From a virus (lineage: Duplodnaviria; Heunggongvirae; Uroviricota; Caudoviricetes), in IMG/VR virus record IMGVR_UViG_3300001528_000174, positions 64,001 through 128,000 of that record: a stretch of DNA of 64,000 bases; one strand, 5' to 3'. Shown one piece after another: positions 23,342-38,100 of this stretch. The notes beneath the pieces were generated by a model that saw only the letters and a list, made by a program, of their open reading frames with translations, was not told the DNA's origin and searched no databases. The position numbers and the translations under genes were made by a program. Each line of letters opens with the position of its first letter. Position 1 is the stretch's first letter.

Positions 23342-26300
23342 TACTGTATTGACAGATGCTTTAAATGCTACCCTTGTTACTATGAACGGTAATGAGATGG
23401 TATTATAGAATGATATGGGTAATGCTAAAGTAGAGAATGCTAAACTTCCTCCAGGATATATTCCTGTAGGTATGAAAGAATATGGCGGAATTATTTATAT
23501 AGCTTGTTATAATCCAACTACTAATAAAAGTTAGATAGGCTGTTTTCCATCTCCTCAAAGATAGAAAACTGCTACCCAAATATCAGAAATAACTCCTACT
23601 TTTAAATTTCCTGATGTTACTTTTATAGAAGAAAAAAATGGAGAAAAGTGGTATAAAATTAATAGTCTTTTAACTAAGTGCGAAATCTTTCCTAAAGGAA
23701 CTATTATTAGATCAGGAGATAAGTTTTCTGTAGGATTGTCTATAGCTGATATATTTGGTACTAGTGATTCTAATCTTACTGGAGAATACTATATATCTAA
23801 TTATAACAATGTGGAAAATGGAGTAGTAAAAACTCCAATGAATAGAATGTATACTTTTGGAGTAGCCACTCTAGATAATAACGGACAACTAAGAGATATT
23901 ACTAGTTAGTTAAAACGCTATAAAGATGGGCAACAAATTTAGTTCTCTAATATTGATTCTGATTTATATAAATTTAATTGTGGATATTGGCAAAATGAAA
24001 TGTCTACAAAAGATAAAGATGGATTAGTATCTTCTGAATTAATGGATTAGACTAGTGTTTAGAGTAAATTAAATACTTATAATAGTAAATTATTCGGTAG
24101 ACTATTTTTATATGCTAAATATAATGTAGTAGACAACGTAGATATAAGTGTTGTTGGTTACAAAAAATCTGACGTATCTAGTAGTATTAAAAACCCTATT
24201 TATTCAAACATAAAAACCCCAGAAGATGAAAATAATAATATTAAAATTAATGCTTCTGTAGTCCTTCTTATATATGCCAATTACAAATACAATTGCCCGG
24301 ATGGGTCATCTCTTTTAAATAGTAAAGGTTTAGTAGATCCATATGAAGGATATGAATATTATTTTGATAAATATGATAAAGGTATTATTAGAGGTTTACT
24401 ACTAACTTTGAAAATAAATAACAATGTAACTTAGTAGTTATTAAACTTTAATATTCCATTAGAAAATAATGAATGGTATACGGTTGGTTATGGCTATCCT
24501 GTATATGACCCTATTACTAATTTATATTCTTTTTCTTAGTTATTTACAGTTCCTATTAACATTCTCTCTGACCAACATATAGAATGGAATATTACTCCAA
24601 TTATGAGATTCTTTGATGGAGGATTAATAGAGGGAGGGCAACTTCCAGATAAAGGAACTGATGGTAGTTTAGATACTGGAAATATAAATTCAGGAGTAAT
24701 GAAACTGAATACTTGGAATTATTATATTAGTGGTAGTAGAATAAATTTACGTTGGGGTTATGAGTCCTATCCTAGAGATAATGATGTTATTAGTGATATT
24801 ACTTTTTCTTTCTATGATATAGCTACTGGTGAAATTAAATTAAACCAAGATGGTACTATAAATTCGGAAAGTACTCCTAGATGGACTTATATTACTAAAA
24901 ATAGGCTTAGCTATAATGGTACTTTTTCTGAAAATTTTGATATAAACAATTTTATATCAGATAAAGCTAGTGTTAATATATTTGCCCCTAATAAACTATT
25001 TTATGTAAGAATTTCATATACTTATAATGACATCCCTAAAGAAGATTATAGATGGATGCTAATAACTGGATTATATAATCCATCTTATTGGGGAACTGAA
25101 GAATATTCAAGTATTCAAGACTATAATGACTTTTTAAAATGTTATTATATATCAAATAATAAATATTACATCTTTAATTTCGGTCGTTCGGAATTAGATG
25201 TAGATATAATTACTTAGGAAGGTTATTCTGTAACAACTAAAGAAGGTTATTCTGTAGGAGGTTGGTAGTATATAGAAAATGGTAAAGGAACTTGGGAGGA
25301 AGTGAAAGAAAGTGCCACTAAAGATAAACAGAAAATCCCAGAAGATTATTATAATATGCAAGTTACAGCTTCTTTGCAAAGCACTAATACTTTAATTACT
25401 TCTTAGTCAAATTCTGGTAAATTTATTTCTGCAAATATAGGTGATGTACCTAAATATATTAATGAAACTTATGAAACTTCAGGAAAACTAATATCAACAA
25501 TTTCCTTAAATAATAATGTTTCTCATGCTCTAAACATATCTAAATGGGTACCTACTATTAAAGAAATAGATACTAAACATACATCTGATATAGAATATGA
25601 AGGTACCGTAGAAGATTCGTAGAAATTATAGATAGAATTGAAAAATGTTAATACTGTAAAGAATAATAACACCATTACTACTACTTATAGTAGTACTGAA
25701 TTTAAAACTTTATTTGGGGGCGAAGCTGGAGAATGTTCAATGCGTATATTAAGTCCTTTAAGTACTTTACCAGAATTAGTATCTATAGGAACTCCTTTAG
25801 ATGAGTCTAATATATTAGAACATTTTTATGCAGTACACACTTTTATAGATTCTAATGATAAAAGTGATTTTAAAGTGGATATTTGGCCTGTATTAAGTAA
25901 TTAGAAGTACTATGATTTAGGAGAATTAACTATAGCTAGTTGGAAAAATAATGAGACACATAGTTCAGGACAAGGATTAGTTAATTATGGAGGTAGAATA
26001 TATACTAATTATGGAGATAGAGTTTTATCTACTAATAGCTCATTTAAAGAATAGTTTGAAAAACTTCCCAAAAATTATAATATAATAGTTTTGGGAAGTC
26101 TGGGAAGAAATGCTATGTCAGGAGACTCCCATCGCCAAACTAACAATACTAGTATAGTAGCATTAAAATAGGATGGTTCTATGTAGTATGAGCAAAACGA
26201 TTAGGATAGAACTGTAGAATATCCTGGGCGCATATTTGTATTAATTAGAAATATAACTGGTGAATTTACTTTAGTAAATTATATTGAAACAACTTCTGAT

Positions 26301-26942
26301 ACTAAACTAACTGCATTAAAAACTGCTTGGAAAAATTTTGAAACTAATAACATTGAGCAATATAACTACTATAATCCAGATAAATCTCAGAAATTATATT
26401 CTATTATAAATAATTAGTATTATAGTAAAGCATATAAAGTTTTTGTTACTTACAATATTAGAGCATCTATATCTAGTTAGATATTTTAGAAAGATTATTT
26501 ATCTATATTAGAAGGATTTCAAAATTCTCAAGTAATGGCTCTTAATATAGATACTACTAAGGACGTTACACTAAATAATATTATTGCCGAAAATACTATA
26601 TGTACAATACCTTCAGCTAAACATTTAATAGAAGATATTGCAAATAATACATCTATAGCCTATATTAATAGTAAGACTAATAATATTCTTTAGTAGGATA
26701 GTGAAGGAAATCCTTTGAAAGAAGGAGTTGTTTATAAATACGATAGTACAAAAGGTTTAATCAAAAATAACTAGTTAAAAATACAAGATAATACATTATA
26801 TACATATAATGTAGGCTCTAAATTAAAAACTTATCCGAAGTATGGATGGAGTTCAAAAGATTCTTCTTCACATTGCACAGCAACCTTAGGAGGTATACCT
26901 ATGATAACTTTAAAAGATACTTCACTTTATAGCATACAATAA
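23277..26942 (+). CDS. Tail muzzle/stabilisation-related protein (N-terminal type), 1221 aa (code 15)
   Basis: MQAQNTFNEGMVLDSHPLMTPNTVLTDALNAT..LQNDMGN..GYIPVGMKEYGGIIYI..SQIGCFPSPQR; whole frame scanned without TAA/TGA. Confidence 0.75.
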
Positions 26943-29900
26943 TGAATATTACTATTAAACCTTTTTTATATCAATTAAGTAATAAAGGTTATATGGCATG
27001 GGAATATAATCCGTTTCATAATCTTAGAATCACAGACACTAAAAATGCTACTAGTACTAGAATATTAACATATAATATTTAGAATTAGTTTGATACAAAA
27101 AAAGTTACTTCTTTAAAATTTAAATTAGCAAAATCTAGTAATCGTATAGTTTATGATTATAATTTTCATACTAAAGAAGATTTAAAAGAAGGTGTGAAAT
27201 GTGATATTATATCTAAGGATTCTCAAACTCATATTATTACAGCTATGCCATGTATGAAGTATACTTATTATTACTTAGATGACAATGGAAATATGAATGA
27301 TAAAATATATATTACTGAGGAATCTTTTTTTAATATAAATGATTGCGAATATAATTTTCCTAATAGATATATTTTTAATTCTGATTCTTATATACATACA
27401 GATAGTGAACAAAAGTTGCCAGATACAAATATGACAACTAGTAACTTATAGAATTATAAATTTAATATAAATTCTTAGAATTAGTTAGAATCTAGTATTA
27501 TATATATAAAAATTAACTCCGAAGAATCGGATAATGTAGAAGCTGGAAGTATTGTAGATTTGGATACTTCTTTATTAAACTTTGATTTGGAACATCCAAT
27601 TACTATGGATATATAGCCATCATATGATGGAACTGTTAATGTTATTTTTAATGATAATAAAAATATTCCAAGGTTAATTAATTCTAGATTTTCTACTACA
27701 GAATTAAATACCTACGAAATAGTAGATAGAGTTGGGGATAATGATACTAATATATATGATTAGAATTCTTTTGATTTAGATTCTTCTTTATATAAACGAA
27801 TAAATAGTATTCCTAATGTTAAATTTTTAGGAGTAAATTCTTCAGGATAGTTAAAAGTAGGAAATTATAACTTTTACTTTAAATATGCCGATGCTGATGG
27901 TAATGAGACAGATTTTGTGGCAGACTCTGGAGTAGTGGCAATATTTAAAGGAAATGATTGTGACCCATTCTCTATTGATGGAGGAATAAGTGATGAAAAT
28001 GCCTTTAAAGCAGTGTCTTTTTAGCTAGACAATATAGACTATAGTTATAACTATATAACTGTATATTATACTAGAAATACTGGGGATAGTTATTAGACTA
28101 GAAGTACTAAAGCTTATAAAATAAATGATAAATATATAGTTAAACATTAGATTTGTACTATTAATGTAACTGGTTTAGAGGATTCAACAGAAATACCTAT
28201 TTCAGAAATTAATAATTAGTTTTTTTAGGTAAATAAAGCAAAAACTAGTGCCCAATGTTAGAATAGATTATTTTTAGGAAATGTAGCTAAACCTGATATT
28301 CCATATAAAGATTTAACTGATTTAAGTTTGAGAATGCTTCCTGTATTAAATAGTGTAGATTCAAAAAATAATATAGGTGAAGTAGGTTTTAATTATACAG
28401 ACGACAGCAGTATTATTAATAGTTATGAATACTATAATGTAAAAAATATATATTATAATGTCGGATATTGGGATAATGAAATATATAGACTTGGAGTAGT
28501 ATATATAATGTCTGATAATTCCTTATCTGAAGTATTTAATGTTAGAGGCGGTAATAACATTAAAAATATTACTGACTATACTCTTACTAACTCTGAAATA
28601 AATCCAGAAATATTATATAATGATAACGGAGATAGGTAGTATATAACTATTGATGAAGATACAAATTGTTTACATGGAGGAAAATCTTTAGAAAACTCAA
28701 AAGGAGTGGTAAGATTTACTAAAAATACTTAGGGTAATGATTATATTCATTATATTCAAGTATTAGTGCCAACAGTAGTATTGAAATATTTAAAAGATAC
28801 TTATGATATTAAAGGATTATTTTTTGTAAGATAGAAAAGAAATCCTACATTATTAGCATAGGCTTTCACAATGTCCTACGATTCTGAAGCATAGTGTCCA
28901 GCCATTTATTGTAAAGAAACCAATTATATAGAATCTTTCTTAACTTAGCGTCCTACAGAAACTACTAATAAAAAAGGACTTGCAGCAATTATAAATAAGT
29001 ATTTAGAAAGTAAATAGTCTGGTAAATTAGTTTAGGATTATGATAAACATTTATGTGTGTTAAAAAATACTAAAAGTAATAATGACATTATAACAGCTAT
29101 ATGTCCAGAGTTTATGATTAATTAGTCGCGCTATAATTCTTTATTTACTGGAACAGATTATATTATTGAATCTGTTAATAAGTATGGAGGATTGGAATAG
29201 CAGGATACTAATCATAGAATGTATAATGCTACTGGTGGAGATTTTATAAATTATGTAGGTAAAGCTAAAATTATATCAGTAACTGATGATACCCCTTCAG
29301 TAGCTATTGGTGATACTATTTTTAGAAGTAAATTAGGAGACGCTGAAGAGGCTTATTAGTTTAGATATATTGAAGTAAATAATAGATCTAAGAGCGATGC
29401 CTATAATTTAGTAAGAGGTATCTATTCTCCATATCTTGGAATCGTATCTAAAGGTAATTTACCATATAACTCACTAATAAATATCTACATTCCAGGATAT
29501 TCGGAATCTTAGATGGGCAATTATTTTGCAATTCGTTATGATGATAATACAGCTTATTACTCAATAGGAGATAGAATTGATATAAATACCGCTATACATG
29601 ATTGGAAAGAATTAGATAATAACAAAAATTATCAATATACAACTCTAGCAAGAGGAGATTGCTATTTATGTACATTTACACATAGATTAAATCGTAATTT
29701 TGCCGATTCTTCCAATCCATATAATGATGAAATCTTAGACGAAGATACTTGGAGAAATAACTATGATGCTAACAATTCTGAGAAACTATAGAAAATAAAT
29801 AGAGGAGATGTCAATGCTGTATAGTTAGGAAGTTGGATTACTTTTAGATTAAGGAGTTCTACTAATTTATCTATTCGTTCTATTGATGATAGTAATCTCA

Positions 29901-32290
29901 ATGAGAAAGGTATATTTGGTAGACCTAGAGCTTGGTATCCATATCAACAAGACTTAATTTCAGGTAATAATAAAATACCAGAATCTTATTTGTATAATGA
30001 TGGATTACGTAGTACATTAAATGAGAAATATTATTTTAATGTTCCCGAAGTACCATATATAAAAAATATTTACTAGAATCGTATTATATATTCAGATATA
30101 GCAATAAATGATGCTTATAGAAATGGGTATAGAGTATTCAAATCTACTAACTATGTAGATTACACTAAAGAATACGGTTCTATTATAAAATTAGTTCCTA
30201 TGGGGTCTAGTTTAATATGTGTATTTGAACATGGTGTAGTACTTTTACCAGTAAATGAACGAATACAAACTGGAGAAGGTGATGGAGGAGCAATTTTTAT
30301 TAATACTAAAAATGTTCTTCCCGAAAATCCATAGGTAGTACTTTCAGATATGATAGGTTCTCAGTGGGCTGAGAGTGTCGTGAAGACTCCATATGCAGTG
30401 TATGGGGTAGATACTGTAGCTAAAAAAATTTGGAGGACTGACGGACGACAATTAGAGACTATTTCTGATTTTAAAGTTAATAAATTTTTAGTTGATAATT
30501 TATCATTATCTGAGCGTGAGACAACTCCTATTATAGGTATTAGAAATGTAAAGACCCATTATAATGCTAATAAGAGTGATGTAATGTTTACATTTTATGA
30601 TTAGAAATATGGATTTGAAGATAAAGCTTGGAATTTATGTTATAATGAAATTACTAAATCATTTGTAACATTTTATTCTTGGTTGCCGTCTTATTCTGCT
30701 AATATAGATAATATTTTCTTTACCTTTGACAGGAATGTATCTAAATATATAGCAAAATTAGGATTAAATAATATAGAAAGTAATAGTAAAAGTGGATTAG
30801 TTGTTAGCGCAAATGTCTTACCAATTAACTCTTCAGATGCTTATACTAATGATATAATGCAAATAGAGGGTATATATGATAGATATATTCCTGAAAATTT
30901 GGGATAGACTAAAGTTACTTTAGAAATTTTGCCTGGATTAAATCATTCAGAAAAGTATGTATAGTTTTAGTACTTTGCTTAGGATGGAGATTCTGTAATA
31001 AGCAAAGAATCAATGATATTACCAAATGTTAATATCAATTCTGATGGAACTATTGAGTAGGGGAAGGCTTACATAGAAGTGATGGTAGGTGATATATTAA
31101 GAGAATGGGATAAAAGACAATCTGAAGAAGAGAAGAACCAAATAGCCTCAGATAAACGAGAATACTTAGTCCCTTCCGCAGTTAGTGCGGCTGGATTAGG
31201 TAACTATTACAAAGTATATAAAATATTAAATAGTAATTTATTAGCTATTAATATTAGAGCTACTTTAGGAACAGAAGATTCAGACTCTGCTGATACCTTT
31301 GGTAAAACTTCATTAATTAATAGTGGATATTATGATTTCACTTTATATTTTACCTTCTCAGAATTTTTCTATAATAAGCAAAATACTGAAGTAACTAAAT
31401 TATTGCCTGCATTCTTAACCAATTTTTGGAAACATGGACAAGCTGGAATTATTGATACACAAGAACATATTAAACCATGTTATTGGTATAATAAACAACA
31501 TCCATTTGAATTTGAATTTGTCGTAAAAGATAACTCAGTTAAATAGAAAATTTGGGATAATCTTTAGATTATATCAAATAAAGCAGAACCTGAATCATTT
31601 CATTTTGAGATTAATGGTGATAGTTATGAATTTAGTAAAGACAAACCTAATATGTGGTATAGATAGGAATTAACTAAAAATACCTATCAAAACTTAGGTT
31701 CAGACATAACTTATGACCATTTATATAATGATTCTAAACGTGGAATAACTCCTGTATAGAATGTTAAATCAACAATTTTTCCATTATATTATAATAGATT
31801 GGATTCTGTTGATGAAATAGAAGATTATTATCATACTATGACGTCCCCTTCTGATAGAGACTATTCTAGATTATCAGGTTCTGAAATAGTTCGATATGAA
31901 GATTTAAATTAGTATAATATATCTACTCATGTTAAAAACTTACCAATTCCTACTTATGGAGTATTAAAAGGTAATTCTTATTACTAGGAAGATGAATGGT
32001 ATATTTAGATACCTTCTATAAATATTGCTTAGAAAAATGAAGCTACTTGGAAGGATGGTAAACCTCCTATTGTATTAAATTGGATTCCTAATGACTTAGA
32101 TAAAACTGAAATTAGTGATGAAGATTTACCTAATACATATAATATAGGAAATGTAGATACTACTGGATGGACATACCGATAGTAGGTGCCTATGAAAGAT
32201 AAATATATAAAAATAAAGATACGATATACAGGAAATGACTTAGCTATCATTACTGGAATATTAACAACATATAGACTAAGTTATGTATAA
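26942..32290 (+). CDS. Tail stabilisation (muzzle) protein, 1782 aa (code 15)
   Basis: TAATG overlap; track ORFs 27194-31546 all in one frame; YGVDTVAKKIWRTDG, FTFYD..WNLCYNE..FVTFYSW.PS, HPFEFEFVV motifs; internal gaps only spot-checked. Confidence 0.78.
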
Positions 32291-34034
32291 GAAAATTAAA
32301 AAATTTCAATCGGGGGGAGGCACAGGGTAGTCTCTCCCTAATCCTGTCTCTTCTTTTAATCCTAATCTTGCTAGTATTACTGCTTAGTAGAATCTAACTT
32401 TTAATACTCCTGATATAGGTACTATGGTAAGTAATTAGTTCTCTAATTTCTCATCAGATATTACTGGATATAGTAATGTCCCATAGACCATAACTTCTGA
32501 GTCAGGATTTACCAGACCTGATATGTCCAAAATGAATTTACAATAGATGGAAGCATCTATGAAACCATCTTTTGGAAAATAGTTAGGAGCTAATATATAG
32601 AATTATGCTGCTTCTTATGCTATTAATAAATTAAGTGATTTTACAGGTTTGAATAGTGCTATTAATGGTATTACTGGTGGACTTACTAGTTCTAATGGAG
32701 TAGCCACTAGAATGATAGGAGGAGCAGCTAATGCGGCGCTGAAAGGAGTTGCTAGTGGAGCCATTAAAGGAGCTGCACAAGCTGCTGGCAAATCTTTAAC
32801 TACTTCTGCTATAAGTTCTGGATTAAAAGCTGGAGCTAAAGGAGCCTTATCTTCTATGGGAAGTGCTGCTGGTATTGCAGGTCTAGCTAATGCAGGTATT
32901 CAAGTGGCTTTTGGAAATCAAAGAAAAGCAGGTTGGGAAAACGCTGTAAATTTGGTAGGAGGTGTGGCTTCTATGATTCCTGGAGTAGGATGGGGATTAG
33001 GAGCAGGATTAGCTGCTTTTAATCTTATTGGAGGTCTTACAGGAAAGAAAACTATAGCTGCTACTGGCAAAGATTGGCAATCTCGATAGGCTTAGAATCA
33101 AGTCTCAGGAAGTTATAGTGGAGCTATGGAAAATATTGCGGATGCTGAATCTAGAGAAGGTACTTATAGTGGATGGAACTCTAGTGGTAGGCATAAAGCT
33201 AATAGACTTATCGCGAAAACTAATGGATGGAAAGACACTATGTGGGATTGGAGCTAGAGGAATGATTTAAATGATATTAGAAGTAATCAAATGAGTTCTA
33301 TTAACAGCAATCAATATCAAACTGAATTAAGCGGGGGCTATGACTTAGCTAACTCAGGAAGAATGTTAGTTGCTAAAGAAGGAGCTAAATTATTTGACAC
33401 TTATAAATCAATAAAAGAATATACTAAAAAAATAAAGTCTGCAAAATAGGGTTCTAAATTAGAAATACAAGAATCTAAGATAGAAGAACCTATTATAGAT
33501 AAAGAATTAGAAAGATATTATGATGACCCTTTATTCTCTACTAAATCTAAATATAATGATGATTTTCATTAGGGAGGAAGCTGGTCCGAGGATGGTAAAG
33601 TATTTACTCCGTCTAAATTTTCTTTATTTAATTTTACAGAAGACTAGATAAAAGAAGCATTATCTAATGAATTTCCTGAAGCTACTTTAAATATATCTGA
33701 TGAAGTACAAGCTTTTAAAGAAGGAGGAAAAGTTAATTCTAGAGATATGAATGTTATTCCAGAAGGAGCACTTCATGCTAGATTAAACCACATGAATAAC
33801 GAAAAATTTACTAAAAAAGGTATTCCTGTGGTAGCTAAAGATGGAGATAAATTAGAATAGACTGCTGAGATTGAAAGAAATGAGATAGTTTTTAATTTAT
33901 CAGTGACTAATAAACTAGAAGAACTTATGAGAGATGGTTCTGCTAAAGCTGCATTAGAAGCAGGTAAATTATTAGTTGAAGAAATTCTTCATAATACTAT
34001 AGATAACACTGGACTAATAAAGGAGGTTGAATAA
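32283..34034 (+). CDS. Internal cargo (ejection) protein with Gly/Ala hydrophobic segment, 583 aa (code 15)
   Basis: Starts MYKKIKKFQSGG; hydrophobic region 32649-33060; C-terminal MNVIPEGALHAR..TKKGIPVV..AEIERNEIVF; position after the muzzle as for crAss cargo genes. Confidence 0.72.
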
Positions 34035-34654
34035 TGGCAGAAATAAATAATAAAGAATCTAACTTAGTAAACATTACTATTGGAGATAAAAAATATAAAG
34101 TAGAAATTGCTGATACTCCTGAAAAATAGGAAAAGGGCTTAATGGGTCGAGAGTCTTTACCTTCAGATTAGGGAATGTTATTTATATATGACGAACCTCA
34201 AAATATGTCATATTGGATGAAAGATACTTCTATTCCATTAGATATAATTTTTATAGATGATGATATGGAAGTAGTTTCAGTTAAATAGGGACAGCCAATG
34301 TCCGAAGAGCCTATTACTGAAAAAGACGTCCAATATGTACTTGAGGTAAATATCGATTCTGGAATTGAAGAAGGAGATTAGCTAATAATAGAAGATTCTG
34401 ATGAAAATGAATATTCTATGCATATTCTTTTTCCCGATGGTTCTGTACAAATGAATTTAAAAGGAGGAGAAAGAATTGTCAGTAGAAGAGAAACTAAGAT
34501 ACTCATTAAGAAAGCAAAAAAAGCAGAAGCATCTAAGACTGATGGAGCCTATCGAGCTCTTGGACGATATATCTTTAAAGTTTTACAACGTCAAGATTCC
34601 CGTGAGCCAGAATATGTTGATAGCCCAAAAGATAAAGATGACACTGGTAAATAA
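34034..34654 (+). CDS. DUF192-family protein with C-terminal extension, 206 aa (code 15)
   Basis: EIADTPEKQEKGLMGRESLPSDQGMLFIY..YWMKDTSIPLDIIFID..YVLEVN. Confidence 0.82.
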
Positions 34655-34757
34655 TTTAATGTTATAATTATATAAATTTAGTTTTAGTTATTATTATTTT
34701 GTACAAAATAAAACTATACATATAGTTATAAAAATAAAGTTTAACTAATTATTAATT

Positions 34758-35057
34758 ATGGAATACAAGTTTATTAAGAAATTTTAGGATGGTGGAGCAA
34801 TGGCTCCTGAACAAGCTGCTCAAGGTGCAGAACAGGGCGCTCCTGCTGGTTAGGAAGCAGGTGCTGAGCAAGATCCAATGGCTATGCTATTGCAGGCATC
34901 AGCTCAGGCTTTGTAGAATCAAGATTGTAATATGGCTATGCAAGTATGTCAAGCTTTGGTACAAATGGCTCAACAAGGTCAAGGTGGCGCTCCCGAAGAG
35001 GCAGGTCAACCAGTATACCGTAAAGGTGGAAGACTTGTTCGTAGAATTAAGAAGTAA
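34758..35057 (+). CDS. Small Gln/Ala-rich protein, 99 aa (code 15)
   Basis: MEYKFIKKFQDGG...YRKGGRLVRRIKK*; aattATG context; biased codons; own terminator. Confidence 0.8.
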
Positions 35058-35074
35058 TTTAATGTATAAAATTA

Positions 35075-35107
35075 ATAGGGGAGCATCTTATGGTGTTCCC
35101 CTTTTTT
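35075..35107 (+). terminator. Intrinsic terminator
   Basis: aggggagcatc-tta-tggtgttcccct followed by ttttt. Confidence 0.75.
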
Positions 35108-35112
35108 AATTT

Positions 35113-38100
35113 ATGGCAGAAAAAAATATAAAAATCTCAGGAATAGGTGATGTAACTCGTGAAGATTTTGTTCGAGCAATTACTGACCCAGATAAATTTA
35201 GGGAATTTGCAGACTAGCAAGGTTGGGGTAATAAACGTCGCTAGTTAGCATGGAATTCCCTTCATAACTATGCCTAGGGAGTATAGAATGGTGAAATAAA
35301 TGAGATAAATGATATGCATCAAGTAGTTGATGATACTGGTGTTAGAACTAATAAAAAAGAAAAATATAATTTAATAGGAAGTAAATTTGATGCTAATGGT
35401 GCTACAGCAGCATTTATGAATTAGATAGCTAAAGGTATGTCTAATGTTTCAAATTCTACAGATAAGACTTTAAAGGCAGTACCTACTGTTACTTCTTATT
35501 TAAATAATTATTTATTTGGAAGCAATAATCCTGATTGGATATTATTCTAGAAAAATGATACTTTAACAAATGGAGTATATGGTATAAATAATAGAAGTGC
35601 CAAATTAAAAGAAGGGCTACAGAATTTAAAAAATGAGTTAACTATTAATGGTGCTCAATATAATTGGGATGGGGTTGATAAGGACGCCCTTTATAAAAAT
35701 TTAGATGCAGCTATTGCTTCTTCTAATGTAGCTACTTATGCTCCATTAGGTATTACTTCTGACTATATTAATAATGCTCTTGCTACTAGAGATTTAAGTG
35801 GTACGATATAGAAACAGCCTTCTGAAAATAATCAAATTTAGCCTAGTCAATCTTCATAGGGAGTAACTGATGAACAATTATTAGCTATGGATGGGAATAA
35901 AGATTTAGCAGATTTAGTTGCAGTTAATCCTGCTAAAAAAGCTAGTTATATAGCTTAGGCTAGAGAACGTTTAGTTAATCAAATTACATTAAGTGAACAA
36001 GAAGCTTAGAGGAACACTAAAACTTATCAGAATCAAATAGCTGCTTAGAAATAGCAGTAGTATAATCAAGAAATGCTTAATTGGTTTAACTCTTAGACAT
36101 TTAAACCTGAATATACTGCTTAGTTAGGAAGCTCCTATGTAGGTACTCCTGGAGGGAAAGAAAGTAGTACTTATTTAGATAGCTTAAATTTTAGTGATAA
36201 AGATTTTCAGCTAAATAGTCCAAGAACAGTTTCAGCTATAGCCAATTTTACTAAGTTTAAAAAACCAGAAATTAGAACTGTAAAGACTGTTAATGGAAGT
36301 TCTTCCATAAAATTAAATAATAAGTTAGACGTATTAGCTTATATGTTGCAATTTAATGCTAAAAACAATCCTAATTTTAAAAAATATTTTACAGACGTAT
36401 CTAACTCAGTAAATAAACCTGAAGGTTCTATTTATAGAATAGATGCTTTAAAAGATAATAATGGTTCTTATGTATATGTAAAAAAGAATGGTAATAATTA
36501 TGAATTTTATCGTTCTAAACCTATGGATGCTTTATATAAAGAACATTTAGCTAAAAAACATAAATTAGGAGGTATTATTACTAAATTTTAGCAAGGAGGT
36601 GCTGCTGCCTATAATGCAAAATTAAAACAAAGATAGCAACAAATTTAGAAAGTTAAAGAATAGCAAATTCAATCTCAACCACAATCAACTCCTACTGGAA
36701 GAACTGCAGTAAAAGATATGAATAGAAATACTAATACTCTTACTACTGCTGATAAAGTAGCTATTGGAGCAGCTGCTGCTGATTTTCTAGCTTCATTTAC
36801 TGCAAATCCTATAGCTAATGGTGCAGGAACTATTTTGACTACAGGGGCAGATTTAGCTAGTGATATAAGTCATGGGGCATCTGTAGGACAAGCCGCTGGA
36901 AATGCTGCTATGAATTTGGGTATGGGATTAATAGGATTTATTCCTGGATTAGGAACAGCCACTAAAGCTAAAAAATTAAAGAAAATATTATAGTTTTCTT
37001 CAGGAGCTATTTAGTCTTATTTCATAGCTAATAATTTTACTGAAGGAGTATAGTCTCTAGGTAAAGTATTAAATGGCTCGGCTACTGTGTAGGATTATAA
37101 AAATCTTATCTATGGATTACAAGGAGCTAAAGGAGCAAGTAATTCTGTAGTAAATATGTCCAAACGTAAAGGTGCCTCTAAAGTAATAAATTCTTTACCT
37201 GATAAATTTAGTGCTGGAGAATCTCGATATACTTTTAAAAGTAATGGTAAGGAGACTCAAAGGCTAACTTCTGCACAAGTAAAAGAACTTTAGGAAAAAG
37301 GTTCAGAAGGAGTATCTGATGATGTTAAAAAATTACTTAATGGAGTTGTTATAAAACCTAAGGAAAATAAATGGTAGAAACCAATTGAATATCAATATAA
37401 ATCTAAAGAAGAAATACAAAAAGCTTTAGATGATTTAAATATACAATCTCAGAAGTCTAGTATGTGGAATCCTGGAAGATAGGATTATTTAGCTATGACT
37501 GCTGAACATAATTGGTCTTTACCTAGTATTTCGTTACACTTTGGAAAAAATAGTACTAGTGAAGTTATTAATAGAGGTAAAATAAAACCTACAAATACCT
37601 AGAAGCCTAAAAAGAAAAATTTTAATAAAGAGAAAGAGGCTGGATAGGAATTAAGAACTCTTAGAGCTGAAAGAAATAATTATAAAACATACGACTAGGA
37701 TTTTGCAGAACGTAGAGATGCCCTATAGAAGAGTATTCAAGAAAGAAAAGCTCTAGCCAATGATTTAGCTAGAGGAAAAGCTGAACTTAAAAATGCTCAG
37801 ATTGATACTCAATTACGTAATACTCTCCCTGGTATGGGATAGAGAATAGTGTCTCCTGAATCTGTTAGAACAGAAGCTAATCGTCAATTTGCTCTAAGTT
37901 GGGTTCCTGATAAATCTAAACCTGAATTAAAAGGTGCTGCTCGGGCTAAAAAATAGGCTATGTATGAAAGAATATTTTCTCCATCAACAGCAGAAAGAGT
38001 TGGAACAGGATCTACAGTCCAACATCCTTCTAGAAGAACTGTTGAAAGCAGAAAACAATTACAAAATGCAGTATAGTAGGAATTTTTAGCTAGATAGAGA

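Noticed and set aside
25218-25256. 15-bp direct repeat gaaggttattctgta x2
   Set aside because: Only two copies, in frame (EGYSV twice); a small coding duplication, not CRISPR or att
3287-35109. Alternate-frame + ORFs 3287-3496, 6419-6733, 34476-34667, 34789-35109
   Set aside because: Overlap better-supported genes; Leu/Ile/Val-rich composition typical of off-frame reads
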